Positions 13,606 through 24,667 of a stretch of DNA of 64,000 bases are shown one piece after another. This DNA is from Octopus bimaculoides. Lineage: Eukaryota. The notes under the pieces were generated by a model that did not search any database, was not told where the DNA came from, and saw only the letters and a program-made list of their open reading frames with translations. The number at the start of each line of letters is the position of its first letter. Within the stretch, counting starts at the first letter, position 1. The stretch spans positions 57,209,851 to 57,273,850 of the forward strand of contig NC_068981.1 of NCBI RefSeq assembly GCF_001194135.2, given 5' to 3'. The translations under genes were made by a program, and so were the position numbers.

Positions 13606-14003
13606 TAATAATAATAATTGTAATTTCTCTTATTTGCCACAAGGACGGTGTATGAGGCAGCATTCAAAAATAAATTTAAGTAGGAACTCTCACTGAACAT
13701 CATTATAATAATAAAGGGAATAATAACTATTATACTGTTTCTAATTTAGGCATACAGCTAGGAATTTTGTTTTTAATTTCAGCACAACAGCCAGATCAAA
13801 TACTACAAGACATTTTTTTCCAACACTCTAATGATTGTGACAATTCAGTGCCTTGAATGTTTCTAATTTAGGCACAAGGCTAGTAATTTTGAGGTGGAAG
13901 AAGTGTTGTAGCTAATGTCAATCCTTCTATTTAAATGGTGCTTTATTTTATTGACCTCATAGACTTTCATGAGCTTTGAAGTGAGGATATAAAGAGCCCT
14001 ACC

Positions 14004-14227
14004 AATAATAATAACAATCCTTTCTGGTATAGGCACAAGGCCTGAAATTTAGGGGAGAGGACTAGGTGATTACATTGACCCCAGCACTTGACTAGTACTT
14101 ATTTCATCAACCCCAAAAGGATGAAAAACAAAGTTGACCTTGGTGGAATTTGAACTCAGAACGTAACGACAGATGAAATAATGCTTAGTATTTCTCCTGA
14201 CATGCTAACAATTCTGCCAGCTCACCA
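14004..14227 (-). mobile_element. tRNA-derived SINE, family A, near full length
   Basis: Minus strand has A-box-like gctggcagaattgttag and B-box GAGTTCAAATTCC; (AAT)n tail. Confidence 0.85.
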
Positions 14228-14229
14228 AA

Positions 14230-14260
<31 letters not shown>

Positions 14261-14299
14261 GTAATAATAATAATAAAAAATTTTTAAAAAATAATAATA

Positions 14300-14508
14300 T
14301 CAATTGCTTTTATTTTAAACACAAGGTCAGCAGATTCAAGGGAAGGAGTTAGTCAATACTATTGACCCCAGTACTTGACTGTTACTTTATTTCATTGATC
14401 ATGGAGGGATGAAAGGCAAAATTGACCTTGGTTGGATTTGAAATCAGAATGTAAAAAGCCAGAACAAAATGTTTTAGTTGTTGTTTTAATAATTTTGCCA
14501 ATCCACCA
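14300..14508 (-). mobile_element. tRNA-derived SINE, family A (older, tandem with the previous copy)
   Basis: Same core (ttgaccccagtacttgactg, gatgaaaggcaaaattgacc), more diverged. Confidence 0.75.
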
Positions 14509-15129
14509 ATAATAATAAAAATAATAAATTCAAGAACAAATTAGAAGTTGGGCAATAAGAAAATCATCAAAAGCAAAAGCTAGTAAATTATGTGTGTAAG
14601 TGTGTGTGCACGCATGCGCATGCATACACACACATACACAGTAATGATATATGTGGTAAGGGGAGAGTGTAATAAAACACTTGCAGCAATATATGATATT
14701 CCAAGTAAATAAGAAGAAATAATAAACTTCAACCTTATAATGAACAACAAAATAATGTGAGAAAGCTCGTCCACTGGGAGCTTTTGTGGAACTTTTGAAA
14801 TACAATGAAATTCTAGTGGGAACATCAGCTACAGAGGAAAAAGAAATGTTTTAAAGGTAGGCGTAATCTTTGAGATTCTCATATCTAATCAGATAAAAGT
14901 AAGAATTTCAACCATGAGACTTAGTAGTCAATACAGAAGTAATAAATATTACTGCTTGAAATCTGTTTTGCAATGTAAAAACTTTGAATTATACCAGTGC
15001 TATCAGGAACCAATAGAGGCCAAAATTATTTCAGTAAAGATACAAAAGTATAATTAAAAAAAAAAAACAATGCACTTTGTCTGGAATTCCAAATATACAA
15101 AATTTATATATATATATAAAACGTAAGCA

Positions 15130-15570
15130 TAGAAGTGGCTGTGTGGTAAATAGCTTGCTTCCAGTGGAAGCCAAAAACAAGGGAAAGAAAAAGCAAGGTG
15201 TCTATCCTGGTGGTCGGATGCCTATCCTTCAGGAAAGCAATTACAAATTGCATCTGTAATGAGCAATGCTTTAATCGATCATTGTAAATATAATCAAATT
15301 TTTATTGTATATTTAAAATTGTAAATATTTAATCGATACAGCTACTTCACCCCTTTTATGTTTGTCTGTCCTTGTTCGTCCCCTCTTTGTAATGGCCTTT
15401 ATGGCAAATATTTATGAAATAAAGTAGCTTGCTTAGGAACCACATGGTTCTGGGCTCAGTCCCACTGCGTGGCACGTTGGGCAAGTATCTTCTACTATAG
15501 CCTCGGGCTGACCAAAGCCTTGTGAGTGGATTTGGTAGACGGAAACTGAAAGAAGCCCGTCATATGTATG
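15130..15570 (+). mobile_element. SINE family B 5' half, split by a 261-bp insertion (15161-15421)
   Basis: Head gtggctgtgtggtaaatagcttgctt, then 13-bp duplication AA(A/G)TAGCTTGCTT (15148-60 / 15422-34); the SINE resumes with ggttctgggctcagtccc...gaaactgaaagaagcccgtc. Confidence 0.8.
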
Positions 15571-15771
15571 TATNNNNNNNNNNNNNNNNNNNNNNNNNNN
15601 NNNNNNNNNNNNNATATATGTGTGTATATATATGTATATAAATATATATTCATTTATATATGTATATATACATATATGTGTATATATATGTATATAAATA
15701 TATATTCATATATATGTATGTAGATATATATATATATGTATATAAATGAATGTATATACATATGTATGTCA

Positions 15772-15955
15772 TCATCGTCGTTTAACGTCTGCTTTCCATG
15801 TTAGCATGGGTTGGATGGTTTGACTGAGGACTGGTGAAACCAGATGGCTACACCAGACTCCAATCTGATTTGGCAGAGTTTCTACAGCTGGATGCCCTTC
15901 CTAACACCAACCACTGCAAGAGTGTAGTGGGTGCTTTTACGTGCCACTGGCACAA
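15772..15955 (-). mobile_element. Short non-autonomous element with (GAT)n tail (RTE-3'-like family)
   Basis: Reverse complement of the family at 25567-25728 (ttaggaagggcatccagctgtagaaactctgccaaatcag). Confidence 0.8.
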
Positions 15956-15959
15956 AGGC

Positions 15960-16478
15960 CACGTTCACTCACTGCATGCAATTAGACTCAGAAAGTTTGT
16001 GAGAAGCCCATTGACCCAATTTGCTGACTTTTCTGATGGCACACAAGTGTCTATGAATGATTGAATGACCAAATCCAAGCTTCTCTGCTAGTTCCTCCAC
16101 CGTTACAATAGAATTTTGCTCCACCAGGGTTTGCGGGACATCCTTGTCTTCTAGGCTGTAGTTTCTGGCTTAGAATTTCTGGAACCACCGTTGACACTGG
16201 CTTATGCTTATTGTCCAATTCCCATATACTGCATTAATATTCCTCACACTTTCCATTGCATTTTTGCCTTTATTGAACTCATAAAGCAAAATATACTGAA
16301 TATGCTCCTTTAACTGCTAAAATTGAACTGCATTCTTCAAAACTTGCACTAAGAATAAGTACAAAGTTCAATTACTACCTGCTTTTATAGTAAGTTGATG
16401 CATGTAGTTTATCCCATCTACCTCCAACTTTTAGTTCATGCAATTGAAAAAAACTACATTATTTATGGGATGACCCAA
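15960..16478 (-). mobile_element. Mariner 5' fragment with TIR and transposase N-terminus
   Basis: TIR TA|TTGGGTCATCCCATAAATAAT on the minus strand at 16478; translation KEHIQYILLYEFNKGKNAMESVRNINAVYG...QCQRWFQKF...VEELAEKLGFGHSIIHRHL..KVSKLGQWASHKL (WVPHEL-like). Confidence 0.85.
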
Positions 16479-16486
16479 TATATATA

Positions 16487-17769
16487 TCAGGTCGTTAAGA
16501 ATGAAATGTTTTATTTTTAACTGAAAGTTTATTTTACTTTATCTCAACAAAAAGCAATGCAGCTAATCAAATCATGAGCCTAAATTATCAACACAATTTT
16601 GTCATTTTATCAGTAGCTTATTTATGCTGGCAGCAAAGAATTCTAGAGAGCAAGAGGTGATGAAATCACAAAAGGCTGTTTTTGCATCTTCTTCAGATTT
16701 GAAGTTTTTTCCTTGCAAAAAGTTATCTAATGCCTGAAAAATGTGATAGTCAGTTGGTGCAAGGTCTGGTGAATATGGTGAATGGCAGAGTACTTCCAAG
16801 TTCAGTTCCTGCAACTTGAGTAGTGTTCTTTGTGCAACATGTGGTTGAACATTGTCTTGCAAAAATATTGGCCTGTCTCTATTGACCAATCTTGGTTGTT
16901 TAATTGCAAGTTCACTCATCATTTCATCCAACTGGTTGATGTATACACCTGCTGTAATTGACATACCAGGTTTTATGAAGCTGTAGTGGATGACACCAGC
17001 ACTGGACCACCAAACAAACACCATTAACTTTTTTTTGGTGAACATTCCTTTTTGGATTGTGTTTTGGCACATTGCCTGTATCCAACCACCATGCAGAACG
17101 CTTGCTATTGTTGAAAAGAACGCATCTTCCATCACATGTAGCAATACAATGTAAAAATGGTTCACTTTTATGCCATGATAGGAACAAATACCAAGTTTCA
17201 AAACGATGTATCATTTCATGCTTATTCAGTTCGTGTGGTACCTACTTGTCCAGCTTCTTTACCTTGCCGATTTGTTTTAGATGGTCCAATACAGTTGGAA
17301 TCAAAACATAAAACCTTGCTGCTAAATCATGCATAGTTTGAGATGTATCCGCTTCCAGTACAGTTTCCAGTTCATCATTATCCACCTTGGTCTCAGGTCT
17401 ACCACGGGGCTGATTTTCAAGAGTAAAGTCATCAAACCGGAACTTCTTAAATCACCAACGTACAGTGCACTCATTTACCACATCTTCCCCAAACACCTCG
17501 TTGATGTTTCAAGTTGTCTGGGATGCATTGGTTCCATGACGGAACTCATATTCATAAACAACACAAATTTTTTATCTATCTATAGGTGCACAAAAATTGA
17601 TTTACAAAAGAAAACTCATATAATCAGACTCCATGAATTGCATTTTGAAAAGTGATGATGTAACTCTTCAATGTTGTAAAACAAGGAATTGTCAGGATAA
17701 AACATTTGAGTTAATAACTATCAAACTTGGTGCATAAGAAAACCGGACATTTCATTCTTAATGACTTGA
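16487..17769 (-). mobile_element. Full-length (1283 bp) defective mariner element
   Basis: TA TSD (16485-86, 17770-71); 23-bp TIR tcaggtcgttaagaatgaaatgt vs tcaagtcattaagaatgaaatgt (2 mismatches); encloses a transposase pseudogene. Confidence 0.95.
16563..17583 (-). pseudogene. Mariner D,D34D transposase pseudogene (Hsmar1/cecropia-like)
   Basis: Motifs YEYEF, GRP, KKLDK*VPHEL, IATCD, LMVFVWWS, FLQDNVQPH and HSPYSPDLAPTDYHIF; ATG mutated to ATA, several in-frame stops and a frameshift. Confidence 0.92.
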
Positions 17770-17810
17770 TATATATACACTTTTATTAAAGCTGCAAAAT
17801 CTTCACAAAA

Positions 17811-17850
17811 CTTTTTACTCAGAGTTTCACGTTTCCATTCGTCAGACACT
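17811..17850 (-). ncRNA. Minimal type I hammerhead ribozyme motif, intact core, damaged stem I
   Basis: agtgt CTGACGA atg-gaaa-cgt GAAA ctc-t-gag TA aaaag: CUGANGA core, 3-bp stem II with GNRA loop, GAAA, palindromic stem III, GUA triplet. Confidence 0.7.
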
Positions 17851-17860
17851 ATTCATCACA

Positions 17861-17898
17861 GCTGTCCAATGAACGGCAATGTGAAACTGAGTAACAGC
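17861..17898 (+). ncRNA. Minimal hammerhead motif, intact stem I, mutated core
   Basis: gctgt CCAATGA acg-gcaa-tgt GAAA ctgag TA acagc: perfect 5-bp stem I, U4C and G5A in the core, 2-nt deletion in stem III. Confidence 0.55.
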
Positions 17899-18013
17899 TT
17901 TGTGAACGTTTTGCAACTTTAATAAAAACATATTACTTTATCTTAGGTTTTCAAGTACTATTTTCTCCATCTAGTTTTGCGTTTATGTGCTTACTTGTGT
18001 GTGTGTGTGTATG

Positions 18014-18070
<57 letters not shown>

Positions 18071-18139
18071 GAGAGAATTTACGAAAAAAACAACAACAGA
18101 CGAGGACAGGTGGTGTAAACAACAAAAGAATAGAGAAAG

Positions 18140-18176
18140 TCTTTAATGTTTCAAGCTATGCTCTTCAACAGAAAGA
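18140..18176 (-). ncRNA. Degenerate minimal hammerhead-like motif in a second repeat (18071-18244)
   Basis: TCTTT CTGTTGA A GAGC-ata-GCTT GAAA CATT AAAGA: 5-bp stem I, 4-bp stem II, A6U variant, stem III decayed. Confidence 0.45.
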
Positions 18177-19893
18177 ATTAGGAGAAAAACAAGGAGAAAA
18201 ACATGGAGAAAAAAAATTTGAATGTTGTGGTCAGCGATCTATCAGAGAGAGAGAGAGAGAGAGAGAGAAATAGGTGCAGCCATGGTTATGTAGTTAAGAA
18301 CTTCACTTCACATCCATGTGGACTCATTTAGCCCAAAGGGAAGTGTATTGAGAGTTTTCTGCTATAGCCCTGGGTTGACAAATGACTTTGTGAATGAATT
18401 TGATAAGCTTGTGTGTGTGTGTGTGTGTGTGTGCGTGCATGCATGCATGTTTGTGTGTGTGTTGATATTCTATGTCTGTTACTGTTTGAGTGAAATGATG
18501 GTGATTTTACATATTATGTTGATGTGACTGGTCATTCTGTGCTATCAAAGTTTTCTGGAATAAAAAAAAAGATTTCCTTACTTCAAAAACAGGCAAGAGT
18601 TGGAAACAAGAAGTGTATCTTAACTGTAAAACGCTGCCTCAAATAAGTCCTTGTCCAGGCTATGATGTCATGGGAAAATGAACATTAAATGAGCAAATGA
18701 AGAAATATCTGAAAGTTTAAACTATGGGATATCTGTTGTTGTACATATATTATATTTCATATTTACATATTTAATAAATATTTTTGTACTAATGAAAACA
18801 TTATGCTCACACATACGGATTCATATCTATATAAATAGAAAGAGGTGGGGGTGGAATAAATCATATTTTTAGCATACAGTAACTTTTGTACAGTGCAAAG
18901 ACTGAGGTTTGCAAATATGTGTCTAAGAGAAAAGGCTTATATATATGTAATGTAACTATTTATCATATAATGATTTTGACTGGAATACTTTTTTTAAGAT
19001 ACCTTAGATATTTTGTCTTTGGCAACTCATCTCCAACAGAACTGATTTAAAGCAGAAAAAAAATATTTTTATTGGTTTAGATATCTCCATAATAATCATA
19101 GATTTCTTTTTTTTTTTTCCATAGCAGAAACGAAAACTGGTTTACTGAATACATCTGACACATTGAGATATTTGAGTCAATAAAGATAGAAATAAAATAC
19201 AGAGATGCTTGAATATTCATGAATAAACAGATGTATCAATTGCTAGAATTGTATGCTGATTGTTGGGAGTATGTAGTTGTAAAAATTTATGAAATCTTTG
19301 AATTCCCTTTGCTGCCAAAGCAGCAGTTTAGCTCATCATCAGAGCAATTTTGCTATCTGCAATGACTCAGCTATGGCAAATTGGACTAGAAAATGCACCA
19401 GTGCTTCTATATAAACCAGATCTTCTACTTTTGAATTCATAAGTTGTCAGAGTGAAATGTCATTAAGAAATATGTAAAAATCTGATTAATCTACTGCAGA
19501 AAACCTGTTACCATCATCTATATTCTACTGGAAACCAGATGCTTACAATAAATCTCTTGTGGCAGTGCTGGATTGTGATTTCACATGGGGGCGTTAATAC
19601 AGGCTGCTATTGCATATGAATTGAGAACAAAATGCCAGCAGTAAAATAACAATGTAAACTGTTTGCTCACTTGTGCTAAACTGTGTTAAAATCTTACTGT
19701 TTTACTCTCCTGCTGCTGCTTTGTTTTACATAGAATTTAATAATACTTTAAAAGATAAGATTTACATTTTTGATAAACATTTCTTTTGAATATTCTGTGA
19801 AAATTACACATTATCACTTGCATCATTCAATATTGTTATCAAAATAGTAGAGCCCATGGAAGCACAAAATGTATAGATAAATTATGGATTTAA

Positions 19894-20113
19894 CCCTTTC
19901 GTTACTAACCCAACTGAAACAGGCTCTGGCTCTGAGTACAAATGTCTTGTTTTCATAAGTTTTGAATTAAAATCTTCCACCAAACCTTAGTCACAATTTA
20001 TGTTCCTAACACTAGCTGAATGATCACTAAGTTATTTTACTAAATTCTTTGTTATATCTAAAGTAACTGAGAGAAACACAGAGCATCTCAAAATAAATAC
20101 AGTAACAAAAGGG
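19894..20113. mobile_element. piggyBac-type MITE (220 bp)
   Basis: TTAA TSD 19890-93 and 20114-17; 13-bp TIR ccctttcgttact / agtaacaaaaggg (12/13). Confidence 0.85.
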
Positions 20114-20709
20114 TTAATGTATATGTAAAACAGGTGGTGATTTGAAACTTGCTGACAAAATATGTTTCAAGAATTCTGGAAAAGGGGGATAAATTACCGT
20201 TCTCATTAACAGCTTTGCCTTTTCTGATAATGGCTGTATTCTATGTCACTTCTGTTTAAGCAACTTAGGGATTATGAATATGTACTCAGTATTTTCATTT
20301 GATATCTTTGGACATATAATATCATATGTACATTGAAAACATTCTACTGTAGAAAGAAATAAGCTACATATAATCTGGTTGTATTAAGTCCAAATAAGAG
20401 AACAAGTATGATGGTCTGGCAATTTAAGGCTTCGGTTATTCCCAAATATATGGAAATGGATATGCAAAAGTTTAAGCCAATGGATGCCAGTATGGAAAGT
20501 TGGATATGGTTGTGATAGTGGTGGTCAAGGGAAAGTGAAGCTAAGAAATACCTAAAAAGAAATATTTAGAATTGGATCAAAATATCAAGATGAACTAAAA
20601 GGAGTAAAACATAACAAATTTTAACCAGGTACAACTTTTTTCAGATAGGTGATGTACATTTTCACCATATGCTTTTATTTTAAAGATCATATATCACATA
20701 CCTATTCTA

Positions 20710-20937
20710 TTGGGTTGTCCGGAAATTTCATGCCAATTTATAGTAGCTTACCTTTCGACTTATTTGCCATGAAACCTCCTCAATTCTGAGAAGAGGGTAT
20801 TTTCAAGTTAAAGGAAAGATAGAAACGCATTGTGCAACAAAATGGTTCATATTTTGTTGATTAAAAATGTAATGGCAAATATTTATTGACCTTTTTCTTT
20901 CCCTTAAAAATTGGCACAAACTTTCCAGACAACCCTT
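20710..20937 (+). mobile_element. Internally deleted mariner derivative
   Basis: TA|TTGGGTTGTCCGGAAA...TTTCCAGACAACCC; interior keeps a transposase C-terminus EEGIFKLKER*KRIVQQNGSYFVD*. Confidence 0.8.
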
Positions 20938-21482
20938 GTTGATATGATGTGATGTGATATGTACAGAGCTAGAGCAGATACTTAACAGTTTCTAGTTTAG
21001 TACTTTCATTGTCAGTTTATTAATATCAAGTTAACCCTTTATTATCTTTAATGCTTTATAAAATAATATTTTTCATAAACCCACAATGGCTGCAGATCAT
21101 TTAAATTAGTTTACTCTATCCTACTAAACATCAACTCTTATGACAAATGACTAAGGACAGGCATTTTTCTCTTCAACTAAGCCCTTCTTAACTTCTTGAG
21201 AAAGATACTACTCTCCAATCAATATTCTGAAAGGTGGGTGAGAGTAGCAAGATTGACCTTCATGTACAGGCCTTTTCTAATATGCACCTGTAGATCAGAG
21301 AATACTGCTGGGAGAAGGATCCTACCCTTTGTCCTCTGGGTAATCCTAGATCAGTGGGTTCTTTGATAGGCCCTTGGTGGTGGTTCCCCTATCAGGATTT
21401 CTCACTTCATTCCTTTTCTATATTGGTGTTTTCTATGCCTATGACATACACATGTATGTACATACATATGTACATGCATACA

Positions 21483-21546
<64 letters not shown>

Positions 21547-22803
21547 CAACACATATAAAAAGTACATAATTGGTTCTGTAAAAATCTAACATTTCTGTAA
21601 TTTGCCCTTGTCATGTCCTCATGTCTGCTACTTTTGTAGCAAATAAAAATTTATTAGTATTAATGGCAATGATGAATAAGCATTTTACTAAATATGAAAC
21701 ATTAGTGAAGTTCACTATTTATTTTCTAAGTTAAAATTTTAAGGAGGTCAAATTTGTCTTCCATCAGTTCAATAAATCATAATTACCTACCATACCAAAT
21801 TTAATTTTGAATTAAACAGAAAAAAAAAAATTACTGCATTTAGATTTCACTTTATGAATTGGTTGTAAGTTGACTATGAGAGCATAGGCTAAGTGAATTT
21901 ATAACTGGAATGTTATAGAATGTGCATGTAAAAAATAAGTAGGGAAAATTTGATGAAGCAGATCTTAACTATGCTCTATAGATGATGTAGGTAGTGCTGA
22001 TTGTGCCAGAATGTATGTATGTATACCTATCAATTTTTTTTTCTTTTTCACATGAAATTCTGATGTAATATATGCTGTCTGAAACTTATGAGTAAACAAA
22101 GTCAGCCTATGTGAAAAATCCAAAATTCCTTTCCACTCCCTCTAAAAAGTTTTTCATAACAAATTCTAATATAACCAGAATCTACATCATCTGAAAAGTA
22201 TTTGTAGGAAATTTCATTGAAAAATATCTGTTTTTCTGAATGATATGAGAAAACAAAATCAAGGTATGCACTTGTGTAGATATGCCTTAGGCCATTTTTG
22301 TTTTGTAGCTTGAGGTTATTAGATATTTTTTCAACATGAGGCTCAGGATTAATTTATCCAAGTGTCACTGGGTTTCTTGTATTTATTTGCTACCAACTAA
22401 ACAATTGTTTCTTTGAAGTAGTTACAGAATCTGTGTTCAGGGTTTGAAAGCAGCAATGATACTGAGTGTAAAAATAAAATTTAATTGTTTGAGTTTCAAG
22501 GAAGAAGAGATATGAAAGACAAGAATTCTCACAAAAATTTGTATAATTAAATAAAAATAAGATCTACTAAGGCATACACCAATGTTTTATTAATTGTTGT
22601 TAGAATGTTTTTCTTTACTATTTTTCTGCTATTTATAAGTATTATGGTAAATGCACAAATAGTACAGAAATTTTTTGATTTTTGTCTGAAACATGATTTA
22701 GTTTAGTGTTTGCTTCTAAAATATATTAACTTTGTTAATTTGTTACTTCCAAGAAAATAAAATGCTTTTATGAAACCTATATGTATATAAGTGACATAAA
22801 CAT

Positions 22804-22861
22804 CAAGGTGAATCAGAAAATAATGCAAATAAAAATTACTTTACTTTCTGACTCACCCTTG
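22804..22861. mobile_element. 58-bp Tc1/mariner-type mini-MITE or deletion remnant
   Basis: caaggtgaatcagaaa ... tttctgactcacccttg|TA, imperfect ~17-bp TIR. Confidence 0.5.
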
Positions 22862-22882
22862 TATATACATATACGTGTGCAG

Positions 22883-23040
22883 TGCAACTCAGTCACTGAT
22901 GTGGACTGTTTTTAGTTAAAGCTATGGCTTTAAATCTGCCCAGGGTTATCTCTCTTTGGTATTTCCCATTGAGATAGGCTAGAGAGTTAGGAATGCATGT
23001 CTGGGAATCCACTATAGGGAAGCACTGGACAGATATGGTT
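22883..23040. repeat. Unclassified dispersed repeat, homologous to 45787-45937
   Basis: Shared blocks aactcagtcactgatgt(g/t)gactgtttttagttaaagctatg and ttatctctctttggtatttcccattgag. Confidence 0.75.
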
Positions 23041-23304
23041 TAGGTTGATCTCAGCAGTCTTGGAGAGTCTCCACATACCACAGGTACAGTCCCTTCCTCT
23101 ATGTCAGACTAATAAAAAAAGAATAATGTTGTATCTTTCCATTTAGCGCTTTGAGCTGATGTGTGCTTCCACAAGTTTGGGCAACGTTTTTAGATAAGCA
23201 GGCCACATAAGACATAGCTTGTCATCAGGTAGGCTAAACTACTAAAAAAAATTCAAGGAAATTTTCCATTAAGTTTGTCATTTAGAAAATCCTGTAGATC
23301 ACAA

Positions 23305-23533
23305 TTTGTCCGTGACTGCTCTATATGGTAGCTCCAGTTACTAGAAAAAGCAGCCAAATCTGCCTCAAATTTGGCTACTATTTCTAGCAGATGGAGCTAT
23401 CATGTAGGAAAGGACATAATTAACTAATATAACCGTACATAGATTTAAAAAGACAGGATAGATGGTTGGTCCTGGCTGAAATGCCTTTGATCATAGATCT
23501 GCTCATTCAGAGCTCACTGGAGCTAAACAACAA
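23305..23533 (+). mobile_element. SINE-like element (family C, ends ggagctaaacaacaac) with an internal inverted duplication
   Basis: Related copies near 24230, 23790 (minus) and 57250-57550; 31-bp inverted repeat 23329-59 / 23369-99. Confidence 0.55.
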
Positions 23534-24667
23534 CTGATAACACAATTAAAACAGTGTATAGCATAGTGTTGCAATAGTGACTGATCAAAGATGTTGCTAA
23601 ATGACAAATAGTAATTATACTCGTGACTAATTAAGCATAGCTGATTAGTAATACAATGCATCTGTGCTATGGAATTGTGCTAAACTCCTGGAAAACCATG
23701 TGTGTGTTTGTTTCTTTGTCCATTTTTGTTTTGCTGTTGATGTTGTTGTTTTTTTGGGGGGGGGCTTTTTATTTTTCATGTTGTTTAGTTTGATGTCAGT
23801 CCTGATTGAACAAGCCTATGGCCTAAAAAGTTCCAGCCGTAACCATCATTTTTTTTTATATCTAGGACATTACTGAGTGCAACTATTTTTAAGACATTAG
23901 GATATGATTTGAGGGAATCCTGCTGCTTTTTCTAGAAGGCTTAATGGCTGCATATAGGCATACTTTTTTCTTTGGTTGAGATGAGTGTCACTCTCACACT
24001 CTTAGTTCACCTTTCTTGCTCTGTATTATCACATAAAAAACCAAAAACCTAGTTTTCAGCAACTGAATTGTATTTAATCTTTTTTTTTTTTATGTATAGT
24101 TATATAGGATTGAGCTTTGAACACTTCAAATTTGGCAATCTGTAGCAGGCGGGGGGGTGATAGAGAGACAGTGACTCAGAGAGAAGAGCACATGAAACAC
24201 AAAATGGGCCACTTAGGAGTCTCCTTTAAGTGACTCCTCGACCTGCTAAAAACAGCAGTTGAATCTACCTCAAATTACATCATAAACAGAGAACACATTG
24301 TGTAGTGTAGTCCACTGATGGCCATGGCTGAAATGGCTTCAACCATTCTATCACTGGTTTGTTTAACTCATTTTTTTTAACCATATTCCTATTGAAATTA
24401 ATTGCCATTGTGTGAATTAATTTTGAAAATAATGAAGAATTTCTGGAAATAACTTTGCCCACTTTAAAACAGGAAATTTGTGTAATAGAACTAAAGCCAA
24501 TCTTTGGCAGGTTTGTATCAGAAGGGTTAAGCAGAACTAATCAGGTGCTAAACAACAACAGCAACACAGCAGTCTTGATGACATTCACACCAAGGTATAA
24601 ATCAGATATTTCAACCTTTAGGAAATGGTAGTAGCCATAAGAAATTTTTGAATATAGAGAGATAGGT

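Larger units (their letters stand above)
17781..17995. mobile_element. Penelope-like pseudo-LTR fold-back carrying two head-to-head hammerhead motifs
   Basis: ~68-bp imperfect inverted repeat (17781-17849 / 17861-17927); each arm is a hammerhead motif followed by TTAATAAAA. PLE assignment rests on the known PLE-hammerhead association, not on an RT or GIY-YIG ORF. Confidence 0.65.
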
